Source of the DNA: Bacilli bacterium
Lineage (GTDB): Bacteria; Bacillota_I; Bacilli_A; RFN20; CAG-826
Assembly: GCA_017429285.1 (NCBI GenBank)
Contig: JAFRPF010000041.1
Span: 2,753 to 66,752, forward strand
Length of the DNA: 64,000 bases
Direction of reading: 5' to 3'
Part shown: positions 1 to 8,891 of the stretch, one piece after another
How positions within the stretch are numbered: the stretch's first letter is position 1
How the letters are laid out: each line of letters opens with the position of its first letter
Made by a program: the position numbers and the translations under genes
Notes under the pieces: generated by a model
The model's input: the letters and a program-made list of their open reading frames with translations, nothing else
Databases searched by the model: none
Told to the model about the DNA's origin: nothing

Positions 1-23
1 GTTAATGAATTTGTAAAATAAAA

Positions 24-1091
24 ATGGAAAAGATTACTAGAGATTTATTTATTAACGAAAATAAACTATTCGAACTAGTATTTGATTGCTTTAAATCTGC
101 GGGAATGGATGCAAATGATGCAAAAATTTCCGCAAATTTGCTAATTAAAACCGACAAATGGGGCATTCATACTCATGGTTTGAAAAATCTAGCCGGCTAT
201 ATTGCTAAAGCAAAAGTTGGTGGTGTTTCCTTCACCAATAAGCCAGAAATTATCAAGGAGTTTGCTTCTATTGCTTTAGTTGATGCTCATAACACTTTCG
301 GATTTGTTTCTGGCACATTTGGGATGAATAAGGCTATTGAGATGGCGAAAAAAACCGGTATCGGCATGGTAGTAGTGAAGAATAGCTCTCATTTTGGTGC
401 GGGTTCTTGCTATGGCAATATTGCCGCTGAAAAAGGTTTTATCGGTATCGCCATGAGTAATGTTGATAAGAAGATGTCTATTCCTGGAACCATTGGTATG
501 ACCATGGGCCATAATCCATTTTGTTTATGTGTTCCAGCTTCAATCATTCCTTCCGTCTGTTTAGATAGTTCGTCAAGCAACACCTCTTCCTTAAGGGTTC
601 TTGGGGCTAAGGCTAAAGGTGAAAAGATTCCTTTAGGCTGGATTACCGATAAAGATGGTTTACCCACGGATGATCCAAGCCATTATCCAGAAGAAGGGGC
701 TTTGTTACCTTTAGGTAATTACAAAGGCTATGGTATTGCTTTTTTCATCGATGTGATGACTGGTGTTCTTGGCTCTTCCTTGAATAGTGTGTCCGATGAT
801 ATTCCGTCTTGGTGTTTTGACTTAGAAAAACCAAATATGGTTTCCCATACTTTTATTGCTATTAACGGTAAACTTCTCGCTGATAACTACATCGAACAAG
901 TGGACAAGATGATTAAAGACGCAAAGAATAACAAAAAAGCCAAGGGTGTTAGTGAAATAACGGTTCCTGGTGAAGATATGTGGAAGAGATTTAAAGACGC
1001 TAGCAAAAAGAAAGAAGTTTATTTGCCAAAAGATGTCGTAGATGAACTTATTAAGGTGATAGATTACGATAAACTCTTCGGAGAAAAATAA
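24..1091 (+). CDS. Ldh_2 family NAD(P)H-dependent oxidoreductase (malate/L-lactate/sulfolactate dehydrogenase type)
   Basis: 355-aa ORF. Motifs KTDKWGIHTHGL and VVKNSSHFGAGSCYG are typical of the Ldh_2 (PF02615-type) family. Its stop overlaps the next start (TAATG at 1089-1093). Confidence 0.75.
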   Translation: MEKITRDLFINENKLFELVFDCFKSAGMDANDAKISANLLIKTDKWGIHTHGLKNLAGYIAKAKVGGVSFTNKPEIIKEFASIALVDAHNTFGFVSGTFGMNKAIEMAKKTGIGMVVVKNSSHFGAGSCYGNIAAEKGFIGIAMSNVDKKMSIPGTIGMTMGHNPFCLCVPASIIPSVCLDSSSSNTSSLRVLGAKAKGEKIPLGWITDKDGLPTDDPSHYPEEGALLPLGNYKGYGIAFFIDVMTGVLGSSLNSVSDDIPSWCFDLEKPNMVSHTFIAINGKLLADNYIEQVDKMIKDAKNNKKAKGVSEITVPGEDMWKRFKDASKKKEVYLPKDVVDELIKVIDYDKLFGEK

Positions 1092-2275
1092 TGAAAAAGA
1101 TTTTATTTGTTAATGGTTCATATAATGAAATACCACTTATTGATGCCGCTCATAAATTAGGAATGTTTGCTATCACATCCGGAAATGATCCTCATGGAGA
1201 CGGGCATCCCTTTGCGGATCAATATATTCCTGGCGATTATTCTAAATGTGACGTTATTTTAAATATTGCTAAAGAGAACAAAGTTAGCTACATATGTTCT
1301 TGTGGTAATGATTTTGGCGCCATTTCTGCATCATACGCCTGCGAAAAACTAAATTTACCAGGCCATGATACTTTTAAAGTGTGCAAATATTTTCATGAAA
1401 AAGATCAATTTAAGAAATTATGTTCTAAACTTAATTTATGCACTCCAAAATCTTATTCATTTAATAGTATAGAAGAGGCTATCAAACATTTAGAAAGTGT
1501 TGAATTCCCACAGATTGTCAAGCCCTCCGATTTAGGTGGTGGAAAAGGAATTCAAGTTGTTAATAGTTATGAAGAAGGCGTTGAAGCGATCAAAATTGCT
1601 TATAAGATGTCTAATATCAAAACTATTTTGATTGAAGATTATATCCTTGGAGAACAACACGGTTACACTTGTTTTATTAAAGATGAGAAAGTTGAATTTG
1701 TTTATTATACAGATGATTTTTCTTATTTGAATCCATATATGGTTTGGGTGGCTATCCCACATGAAAAAGGTAAGGATGAAGCATTAATTAAAAAAATATC
1801 CGCTGATGTGGAACTAATGGCGAAACATCTTCATATGGCGGATGGTTATTTAACTATTCAAATCATTGTTAAAAACGGTGTTCCTTATTATATCGAAACC
1901 ATGAGAAGATGTCTTGGTAATTTACATTATAAATGTATTTCATGGGATTTAGGCATTAATGCTTATGAATTATTTGTCGCTAATGAATGTGGACTAGATT
2001 TAAATAAATATTTAAAGAAAGAATATCCTCTATTTTCCTATAGTGCTTTTATGGGTATTTATGCCGATAAAAACGGTTCTTTCACGGGATATTCAATCGA
2101 TGAAAAATATAAAAAATATGTTAGAAATGAAATGTTAATTGAAAAAGTCGGTTATGAAATAACGGATTATTTAAGACAAAAATTAGGAATGATTTTCTTT
2201 ACTTTTAGTAATGAAAAAGAAAGAAATGAATTTGTAAATAACATGACTAACGTTGTTAAAGTTCATGTAAAGTGA
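1091..2275 (+). CDS. ATP-grasp domain protein (carboxylate ligase, substrate unknown)
   Basis: 394-aa ORF. The segment FPQIVKPSDLGGGKGIQVV and the overall length fit an ATP-grasp fold. Translationally coupled to the upstream gene. Confidence 0.6.
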   Translation: MKKILFVNGSYNEIPLIDAAHKLGMFAITSGNDPHGDGHPFADQYIPGDYSKCDVILNIAKENKVSYICSCGNDFGAISASYACEKLNLPGHDTFKVCKYFHEKDQFKKLCSKLNLCTPKSYSFNSIEEAIKHLESVEFPQIVKPSDLGGGKGIQVVNSYEEGVEAIKIAYKMSNIKTILIEDYILGEQHGYTCFIKDEKVEFVYYTDDFSYLNPYMVWVAIPHEKGKDEALIKKISADVELMAKHLHMADGYLTIQIIVKNGVPYYIETMRRCLGNLHYKCISWDLGINAYELFVANECGLDLNKYLKKEYPLFSYSAFMGIYADKNGSFTGYSIDEKYKKYVRNEMLIEKVGYEITDYLRQKLGMIFFTFSNEKERNEFVNNMTNVVKVHVK

Positions 2276-2284
2276 GGATTTACT

Positions 2285-3883
2285 ATGAGTCAGATTAAAT
2301 TATTAGATTGTACAGTTCGTGATGGTGGCTATCTAAACGACTGGAATTTTGGTAGAAGTGTATTAATTGAAACTGTTCAAAGATTAGCTAATGCTGGTAT
2401 CGATTATATCGAAGTTGGTTTTTTAGATGATCGAAGACAGTTTGATATTAATAGAAGCATCTTTCCAAATACCGAATGTATTAAAACCATTTATTCAAAA
2501 GTGGATAAGAAAAAATCCAAATTGATGGGAATGATCGATTTTGGAACTTGTGATATTTCTAATATCGAACCCAGGGAAACATCTTTTATCGATGGAATTA
2601 GAGTTATTTTTAAAAAAGAGAAAATGGAAAGAGCGATGGCTTTTTGTAAGCAAATCAAAGAGCTTGGATATGAAGTATTTTCACAACTTGTTTCCACAAC
2701 AACATATGAAGAAGAAGATTTTAAAAGAATCATCGCTTTAGCTAATGAAGTTAAACCTGCGGCTCTAAGCATTGTTGATACCTATGGATTAATGGATGAA
2801 GTGGAACTTGGAAGAATCATTGATAGACTCGATAGTGGTCTTGATGAAAAAATCATGCTTGGCTTCCACGCTCATAACAATTTCCAATTAGCTTTTTCTA
2901 ATGCTTCAAGATTTTTAAATAAACATACTAACCGTATCTTTTTAGCGGATGGTACTTTGTATGGTATGGGTAAGGGTGCTGGTAACGCACCTATTGAGTT
3001 ACTAGCTCATTTCGCTAATAAATATTACCAAACATCTTATGGTATCAATCAAATTTTAGAGGCGATTGATTCTAACATTTTAAAATTATTTGGTAAGAAC
3101 AATTGGGGCTATTCTATGAAATTCTATTTAGCAGGCACTAATAGAGTTCACCCTAATTATTTAAGTGATTATATTTCTGCTGGATATCTATCTATATCTG
3201 AAATAAATAATATCTTAAAAGATATTAAAGAAGAACATAAACTCTATTATGATAAAAACGAGAGCAATCGAGTAATCGAAGAGCACGCTAATGAAGTCTC
3301 TAGTTTGTCAAAAGAATCTATTAATAGATTAACTAAAGAATTAAAAGATCAACCGATTTTATTAATCGGGCCTGGTGAAACTTTAGTGGGTGAAAAAAGA
3401 AAGATTAACTCTTTCATAAAGAGCCATAACCCAATTGTTATGTCCGTTAATTTCTTGCCTAGTGGCTATAAGACAAACTACATATTTGTCACTAATTCTA
3501 GAAGATTATGTTCTTTATTAAACTGTGATGTTGATAAAGATAAAAAAGTTATCGCCACATCCAATTTATCAGAAATTACTTTTAAGTTTGATTACCGCAT
3601 CGACAATTTATTCTTGCAAGATAATTCTGCCGCACGTGATAGCGCTATTATTATGGCGTTAAAATTACTAAAAGAATGTTCAGTTCAATCCGTTTATCTA
3701 GCAGGATTTGATGGATATAAATCTTCATTTGAAGAAAACTTTGTTAATATTAGCAATAGTTATGGTTGGAAAGAACCATACCCTGGATTCCTCAATAGTT
3801 ATATTAGAGGTGAGATTAGAAAAATCTCTAAAAAGATGAATATTGAATTTGTGACTACATCAATGTTTGAAAACGAGGATTAA
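2285..3883 (+). CDS. Fusion protein: N-terminal DRE-TIM/HMGL-like aldolase plus C-terminal MptE/DUF115-like (Maf-type) domain
   Basis: 532 aa. The N-terminus has LLDCTVRDGGY and GFHAHNNFQLA, the metal-binding signature of pyruvate aldolase/HMGL-like enzymes. The C-terminus has LLIGPGETL ... VYLAGFDGY, which resembles PF01973 (DUF115/MptE-like). Confidence 0.6.
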   Translation: MSQIKLLDCTVRDGGYLNDWNFGRSVLIETVQRLANAGIDYIEVGFLDDRRQFDINRSIFPNTECIKTIYSKVDKKKSKLMGMIDFGTCDISNIEPRETSFIDGIRVIFKKEKMERAMAFCKQIKELGYEVFSQLVSTTTYEEEDFKRIIALANEVKPAALSIVDTYGLMDEVELGRIIDRLDSGLDEKIMLGFHAHNNFQLAFSNASRFLNKHTNRIFLADGTLYGMGKGAGNAPIELLAHFANKYYQTSYGINQILEAIDSNILKLFGKNNWGYSMKFYLAGTNRVHPNYLSDYISAGYLSISEINNILKDIKEEHKLYYDKNESNRVIEEHANEVSSLSKESINRLTKELKDQPILLIGPGETLVGEKRKINSFIKSHNPIVMSVNFLPSGYKTNYIFVTNSRRLCSLLNCDVDKDKKVIATSNLSEITFKFDYRIDNLFLQDNSAARDSAIIMALKLLKECSVQSVYLAGFDGYKSSFEENFVNISNSYGWKEPYPGFLNSYIRGEIRKISKKMNIEFVTTSMFENED

Positions 3884-3884
3884 T

Positions 3885-4652
3885 ATGAATTTAACCATTA
3901 ATGATTTTGACATTGTTGTCTTTGATTTAGATGGCACTATTTATAATGGCGATACATTAATTACTTCCGCAGATAAAGTGGTGGATTTTTGTCGTCAGAA
4001 TAAAAAGAAAATCATTTTTGGTACTAACAATTCTGGTAAAAATCGCCAGCAAATTGCCGATAAATTAAATAAAATTGGTATTTCTTGCTCACAAGAAGAG
4101 ATAATTACTTCCGCTTTTTTGGCGGGTATTTATCTAAAAGAAAACCACATCAATGACATCTATGTTTTTGGTAGCGATAATTTAAAAAAAGAAGTTATCT
4201 CTAACGGAGTTAATATTACCGATGAAAAAGAAGCAAAAAATCTTCTTGTTGGTTTTAAAAAAGATTATGACTATGAAGATTTATCAAAAGCTTTTAGAGT
4301 GGCGAAAAAAGCTCATCATTTTATTGTTTGTAATAAAGATAGAACCTACCCATCAAATGACGGAACTTTATATCCCGCATTAGGTTATATCACTAGCTCC
4401 ATTGAATGGTGCGCAAATCGTCAAGCTGATGTGATGATCGGCAAACCAGATCCATATATGCTTTCCTATATCGCTAAAAAATATCATGTTAGTAATGATA
4501 GAATACTTTGTGTTGGCGATACATATGAAAGCGATTATTTAACTGCTAAAGCATTTGGAAGCAAATGTGTTTTAATTAGTGATAAAGTATATAAAGAGAA
4601 TAATTTATTCTCTATTAATAAAATAGCGGATTTATTAAATTTATTGAAATGA
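3885..4652 (+). CDS. HAD superfamily subfamily IIA phosphatase (NagD-like)
   Basis: [10 protein letters not shown] (motif I) and [10 protein letters not shown] (motif IV). I chose ATG 3885 because it follows AGGAT. The ORF-track start at 3867 lies inside the upstream gene. Confidence 0.7.
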   Translation: MNLTINDFDIVVFDLDGTIYNGDTLITSADKVVDFCRQNKKKIIFGTNNSGKNRQQIADKLNKIGISCSQEEIITSAFLAGIYLKENHINDIYVFGSDNLKKEVISNGVNITDEKEAKNLLVGFKKDYDYEDLSKAFRVAKKAHHFIVCNKDRTYPSNDGTLYPALGYITSSIEWCANRQADVMIGKPDPYMLSYIAKKYHVSNDRILCVGDTYESDYLTAKAFGSKCVLISDKVYKENNLFSINKIADLLNLLK

Positions 4653-4662
4653 AGGTAATTAT

Positions 4663-6270
4663 ATGAAAGAAATTTTTGATTTTTTGTTAAAGAGAAATAT
4701 AAAACCTCAAGATGTTTTCTATAATCCTAGTTATGAATTTCTCTATCAAGAAGAAAACAATCCTTCTTTAGAAGGATATGAAAAGGGACAAAAAACCGAA
4801 CTTGGTGCTATCAATGTGATGACCGGGGTATATACCGGTCGTTCCCCAAAAGACAAATTCATTATTTATGATGAAACAAGTAAAAATACTGTCTGGTGGA
4901 CATCACCTGAATATCCAAATGATAATCACCCCGCTTCTTTAAAAGCCTGGGAAGAATGTAAAAAGATTGCTACTAAAGAGTTAAACGGAAAAAAATTATA
5001 CGTGGTCGATGCCTTTTCTGGCGCTAATAAAGATACAAGAATGGCAGTTCGCTTTATTATGGAAGTGGCATGGCAAGCCCATTTCGTGACCAATATGTTT
5101 ATTCGACCAAGTAAAGAAGAATTAAAAAACTTTCAACCGGAGTTTACTGTTTATTGTGCTTCTAAAGCTAAAGTTGAAAACTTTAAAGAACTTGGTTTAA
5201 ATAGTGAAACAGCTATTTTGTTCAATTTAACAAGTAAAGAACAAATCATTTTAAATACTTGGTATGGTGGGGAAATGAAAAAAGGCATTTTCTCCATGAT
5301 GAACTATTTCTTACCACTCAAAGGTATTGCGAGTATGCATTGTTCCGCTAATACTGATATGAACGGAGAACACACAGCGGTGTTTTTCGGCCTATCAGGA
5401 ACTGGAAAAACCACTTTATCCGCTGATCCAAAAAGATTACTCATCGGTGATGATGAACATGGATGGGACGATAATGGCGTTTTTAACCTCGAGGGCGGCT
5501 GTTATGCAAAAGTTATAGATTTAGATAAGGAAAGCGAACCAGACATCTATAAAGCGATAAAAAAGGACGCTTTACTCGAGAATGTGACGGTTAATGAAAA
5601 TGGCAAAATTGATTTTCACGATAAATCCGTTACTGAGAACACAAGAGTTAGTTACCCTATTTACCATATCAATAATATTGTTAAGCCAATCAGTCACGGT
5701 CCTCATGCCGAAAATGTTATTTTCTTAAGTTGTGATGCTTTTGGAGTTCTTCCACCAATCAGCGTCTTAACTCCTGAACAAACGATGTATTATTTCTTAA
5801 GCGGCTATACTTCTAAAGTGGCAGGTACAGAAAGAGGTATCACTGAACCGACACCAACCTTCTCAGCTTGTTTTGGACAACCATTTTTAGAACTCCATCC
5901 TAAAAAATACGCTGAGGAATTAGTAAGACACATGAAAATTACTGGCGCTAAAGCTTATTTGGTTAATACTGGTTGGAATGGTAGTGGAAAACGTATTTCC
6001 ATTAAAGACACTAGAGGAATTATTGACGCAATATTAAATGGAGATGTCACTAAAGCAGCCAAAAAGAAACTACCTATTTTTGATTTTGAAATTCCTACTT
6101 CATTACCAGGAGTGAACAGTCAAATATTAGATCCGAGAGATACTTATGAAGATATAACCATTTGGGATAACAAAGCCAAGTCTTTAGCGGAAAGATTTAA
6201 CAAAAACTTTGCTAAATATGAATATGATGAATTTGGCAAAGAACTTAAGAAACATGGACCCTCATTGTGA
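4663..6270 (+). CDS. pckA: Phosphoenolpyruvate carboxykinase (ATP)
   Basis: 535 aa. Kinase-1a motif [19 protein letters not shown] and NTGWNG, with full-length collinearity to ATP-dependent PckA. Ends at TGA. Confidence 0.95.
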   Translation: MKEIFDFLLKRNIKPQDVFYNPSYEFLYQEENNPSLEGYEKGQKTELGAINVMTGVYTGRSPKDKFIIYDETSKNTVWWTSPEYPNDNHPASLKAWEECKKIATKELNGKKLYVVDAFSGANKDTRMAVRFIMEVAWQAHFVTNMFIRPSKEELKNFQPEFTVYCASKAKVENFKELGLNSETAILFNLTSKEQIILNTWYGGEMKKGIFSMMNYFLPLKGIASMHCSANTDMNGEHTAVFFGLSGTGKTTLSADPKRLLIGDDEHGWDDNGVFNLEGGCYAKVIDLDKESEPDIYKAIKKDALLENVTVNENGKIDFHDKSVTENTRVSYPIYHINNIVKPISHGPHAENVIFLSCDAFGVLPPISVLTPEQTMYYFLSGYTSKVAGTERGITEPTPTFSACFGQPFLELHPKKYAEELVRHMKITGAKAYLVNTGWNGSGKRISIKDTRGIIDAILNGDVTKAAKKKLPIFDFEIPTSLPGVNSQILDPRDTYEDITIWDNKAKSLAERFNKNFAKYEYDEFGKELKKHGPSL

Positions 6271-6293
6271 TTCATATTTATCACAAATGTAAC

Positions 6294-6321
6294 AAAGATG
6301 TCGTAATTGACATCTTTTTTA
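6294..6321 (+). terminator. Intrinsic terminator after pckA
   Basis: Stem AAAGATGTC / GACATCTTT, loop GTAATT, then a T-run. Confidence 0.7.
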
Positions 6322-6360
6322 TTGAAATAAACATATTCTATTTTTATTAATCGGTTTAAA

Positions 6361-7632
6361 ATGTTAAATATGGATGTAAAAGCTGTCTTTAACGCAACAG
6401 TATGTTTGTTAGGAGTGTTGATCCTTTCTATTCATATTGTGAATATTATTTTAAAAAAAGATCGTAGAAAGGATGAAAATGCCTTACTTCGTTTCTTTAT
6501 TTTTACAGTCATTCACTTAATTACCTATGTGACATTTACGTTTATAAAAGAAGTGTATACAAGTGATGTCTTTATCATGACTTTTTACACTGTATTCTAT
6601 ATTTTTAATAATATAGAAGTTATTCTATTTTACATATATCTATCTAGATACATTAATTCCTCTAACAAGAATATGAAAATCATTGATATTGTTAGTTATT
6701 CCTTATTCGGATTATTCGTTATTTCCGATATTATAAATATCTTTACTCATATGTATTTCTCTTCCGTTAATGGAATATATACCAGAAGCAAATTCATGAT
6801 CATTTCTCAAGGCTATCAATTCATTATTTTAGCGACCGCTTTTGTTTTAGCGGTATTTAACAAAAACCTGAATTTAAGAGAAAAGATTGCCTTTGCTTTA
6901 TATTGTGTTTTACCCGCTATATCAATTATCTTACAAAATATCTTTGCCGGATATGCGATTGCTTATGCGACACTTATCGTGTCTGTGGAAATATTGTTCC
7001 TATTCTTAAATGTTGAGAAAAATATCAAATTAAGAGAGGATGAAAAACAGTTAAAAGAAGCCAATATGAAAATCATGGTGAGTCAGATTCAACCTCACTT
7101 TGTTTATAACACCCTTTCTTCTATCTCCACACTTATTACTATTGATCCTAATAAAGCTCAAAAAGCACTTGATGATTTCTCTGATTATTTAAGGATGAAT
7201 TTCTCCACTTTAACAGAAACTAAATTAGTATCTTTCGAAGATGAATTAAGACACATTCAAACTTATGTTAATTTAGAAAAAATGAGATTTAATGATCGAC
7301 TTAATGTCATTTATGACATAAAAGTATCTAATTTCTCCCTTCCTCCTCTTAGTGTTCAACCTTTAGTGGAAAATGCGATTAAACACGGCATTTTAAAGAA
7401 AGAAGAAGGTGGAACAGTGATCTTAAAAACATATGAAACTGATAAAGCTTTTATCGTAGAAATTATCGATGATGGTGTGGGATTTAATATCGATGAAATC
7501 GATTTTAAAAACAACAAACATATCGGTTTAAATAATGTTAAACATCGTATTACCACTATGTGTAAAGGGGATATTACATTTGAAAGTGAAATCAATAAAG
7601 GCACAAAAGTGACCGTTTCATTTTTAAAGTAG
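6361..7632 (+). CDS. Sensor histidine kinase, LytS/YehU type (multi-TM sensor + His_kinase + HATPase_c)
   Basis: About 6 N-terminal hydrophobic helices. QIQPHFVYNTL is the H-box of the PF06580 family; LVENAIKHG is the N-box; DDGVGF is the G1 box. Confidence 0.85.
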   Translation: MLNMDVKAVFNATVCLLGVLILSIHIVNIILKKDRRKDENALLRFFIFTVIHLITYVTFTFIKEVYTSDVFIMTFYTVFYIFNNIEVILFYIYLSRYINSSNKNMKIIDIVSYSLFGLFVISDIINIFTHMYFSSVNGIYTRSKFMIISQGYQFIILATAFVLAVFNKNLNLREKIAFALYCVLPAISIILQNIFAGYAIAYATLIVSVEILFLFLNVEKNIKLREDEKQLKEANMKIMVSQIQPHFVYNTLSSISTLITIDPNKAQKALDDFSDYLRMNFSTLTETKLVSFEDELRHIQTYVNLEKMRFNDRLNVIYDIKVSNFSLPPLSVQPLVENAIKHGILKKEEGGTVILKTYETDKAFIVEIIDDGVGFNIDEIDFKNNKHIGLNNVKHRITTMCKGDITFESEINKGTKVTVSFLK

Positions 7633-7644
7633 TAATATATAGTT

Positions 7645-8403
7645 ATGACAATCCTATTAGTAGATGATGAAGAATTACAGTTATTAAGACTGGAGAATGA
7701 AGTTAAAAAAGTTGTTCCAAGTGACGCAACCATTCTTTCATTTTCTAATTCCTCAAAGTTTTTAAAAGATCATAAAGAAGATAAAATCGATATCGCCTTT
7801 TTAGATATTGAAATGCCAGGGATGAACGGTATTTCATTAGCCAAAGAATTAAAGAAAATCAATCCTTTAGTGAATATCATTTTCGTAACTGCCTATAACG
7901 ATTATGCTTTAGAAGCATATAAGATTCACGCTTCTGGTTATTTATCTAAACCTGTCAGTGCGGAAAAGATTAAAAAAGAATTAGAAGCTTTAAGATATCC
8001 AGTGGAGCTTAAAGGAGAAAAGAAATTACAAATTAAATGTTTTGGTAATTTTGAAATATTTCGTAATGGCGAACCAGTGAGATTCTCCTATCAAAAATCA
8101 AAAGAAGTTTTTGCCTATTTAGTGGATAGAGAAGGCTCAGTTATTAATGTTAATGAATTAAATGCGGTTTTATGGGAGGAAGATCATAAATCATATTTAA
8201 GAAATTTAATTGCCGATATCGTAACTACCTTAAAAAATATCGATTGCAGCGATGTTTTCTTAAAAAAACACAATGGTTGTTGCATCGATGTTAATAAAGT
8301 TGATTGTGACGCCTATGAATATAAAAAAGGCAACCCCAATGCGATAAGAATGTATCGCGGTGAATATATGGCCCAATATCCTTGGCCAATCTTTAAAGAC
8401 TAA
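7645..8403 (+). CDS. Response regulator: receiver domain plus SARP/OmpR-like winged-helix DNA-binding domain
   Basis: LLVDDE ... FLDIEMPGMNG marks the receiver with its phospho-Asp. The C-terminus IKCFGNFEIFRNGEPV...KEVFAYLV...LWEED follows the wHTH (Trans_reg_C/BTAD-type) pattern. Confidence 0.85.
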   Translation: MTILLVDDEELQLLRLENEVKKVVPSDATILSFSNSSKFLKDHKEDKIDIAFLDIEMPGMNGISLAKELKKINPLVNIIFVTAYNDYALEAYKIHASGYLSKPVSAEKIKKELEALRYPVELKGEKKLQIKCFGNFEIFRNGEPVRFSYQKSKEVFAYLVDREGSVINVNELNAVLWEEDHKSYLRNLIADIVTTLKNIDCSDVFLKKHNGCCIDVNKVDCDAYEYKKGNPNAIRMYRGEYMAQYPWPIFKD

Positions 8404-8411
8404 TATTTTTT

Positions 8412-8429
8412 AGTGGCACTTTTGTGACA
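8412..8429 (+). promoter_or_regulatory. Direct-repeat candidate operator AGTGGCA-N4-TGTGACA (11-bp register)
   Basis: Half-sites at 8412-8418 and 8423-8429, just after the response regulator stop and 160 bp upstream of the STAS operon. A near-identical element lies at 11901-11918. Confidence 0.3.
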
Positions 8430-8590
8430 ACAAATATTATAAAATCTCCACGAATTATATTCTTGGAGGTTTTTTATAAGGAAAAACCAAAAGTCTTTAA
8501 GAGAAAGGAAGAAGCCCCTAAGCACGAAATAATTATTAAACATCAATAAATGTTATGCTTTATCACCTAAGGTGGTAAAATGGTAAAGAT

Positions 8591-8890
8591 ATGAAATACG
8601 AGATAAAAGAACAACAACTAATTATTTATTTACAAGGTGAAATTAATTCTTCCACGGCGGATAGCGTTGAAAGAGATATTGACTTACATTTACAAGGTCA
8701 AGAAATTAAATCAGTCGTTTTAGATATGACTGAGTTAGTTTATATGTCATCCGCGGGTATTAGAATCGTCATGAAACTAAAACAAAGATATGATGATTTA
8801 ACGCTTAATAATGTTCCAAATGGAGTTTATGAAGTGTTACATATGGTGGGAATTACTAATTTTATTAAAACTAATAAATTAGAAAAATAA
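8591..8890 (+). CDS. STAS-domain anti-sigma-factor-antagonist-like protein (SpoIIAA/RsbV type)
   Basis: 99 aa. The conserved phospho-serine context is present: VLDMTELVYMSSAGIRIV. Confidence 0.85.
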   Translation: MKYEIKEQQLIIYLQGEINSSTADSVERDIDLHLQGQEIKSVVLDMTELVYMSSAGIRIVMKLKQRYDDLTLNNVPNGVYEVLHMVGITNFIKTNKLEK

Positions 8891-8891
8891 G

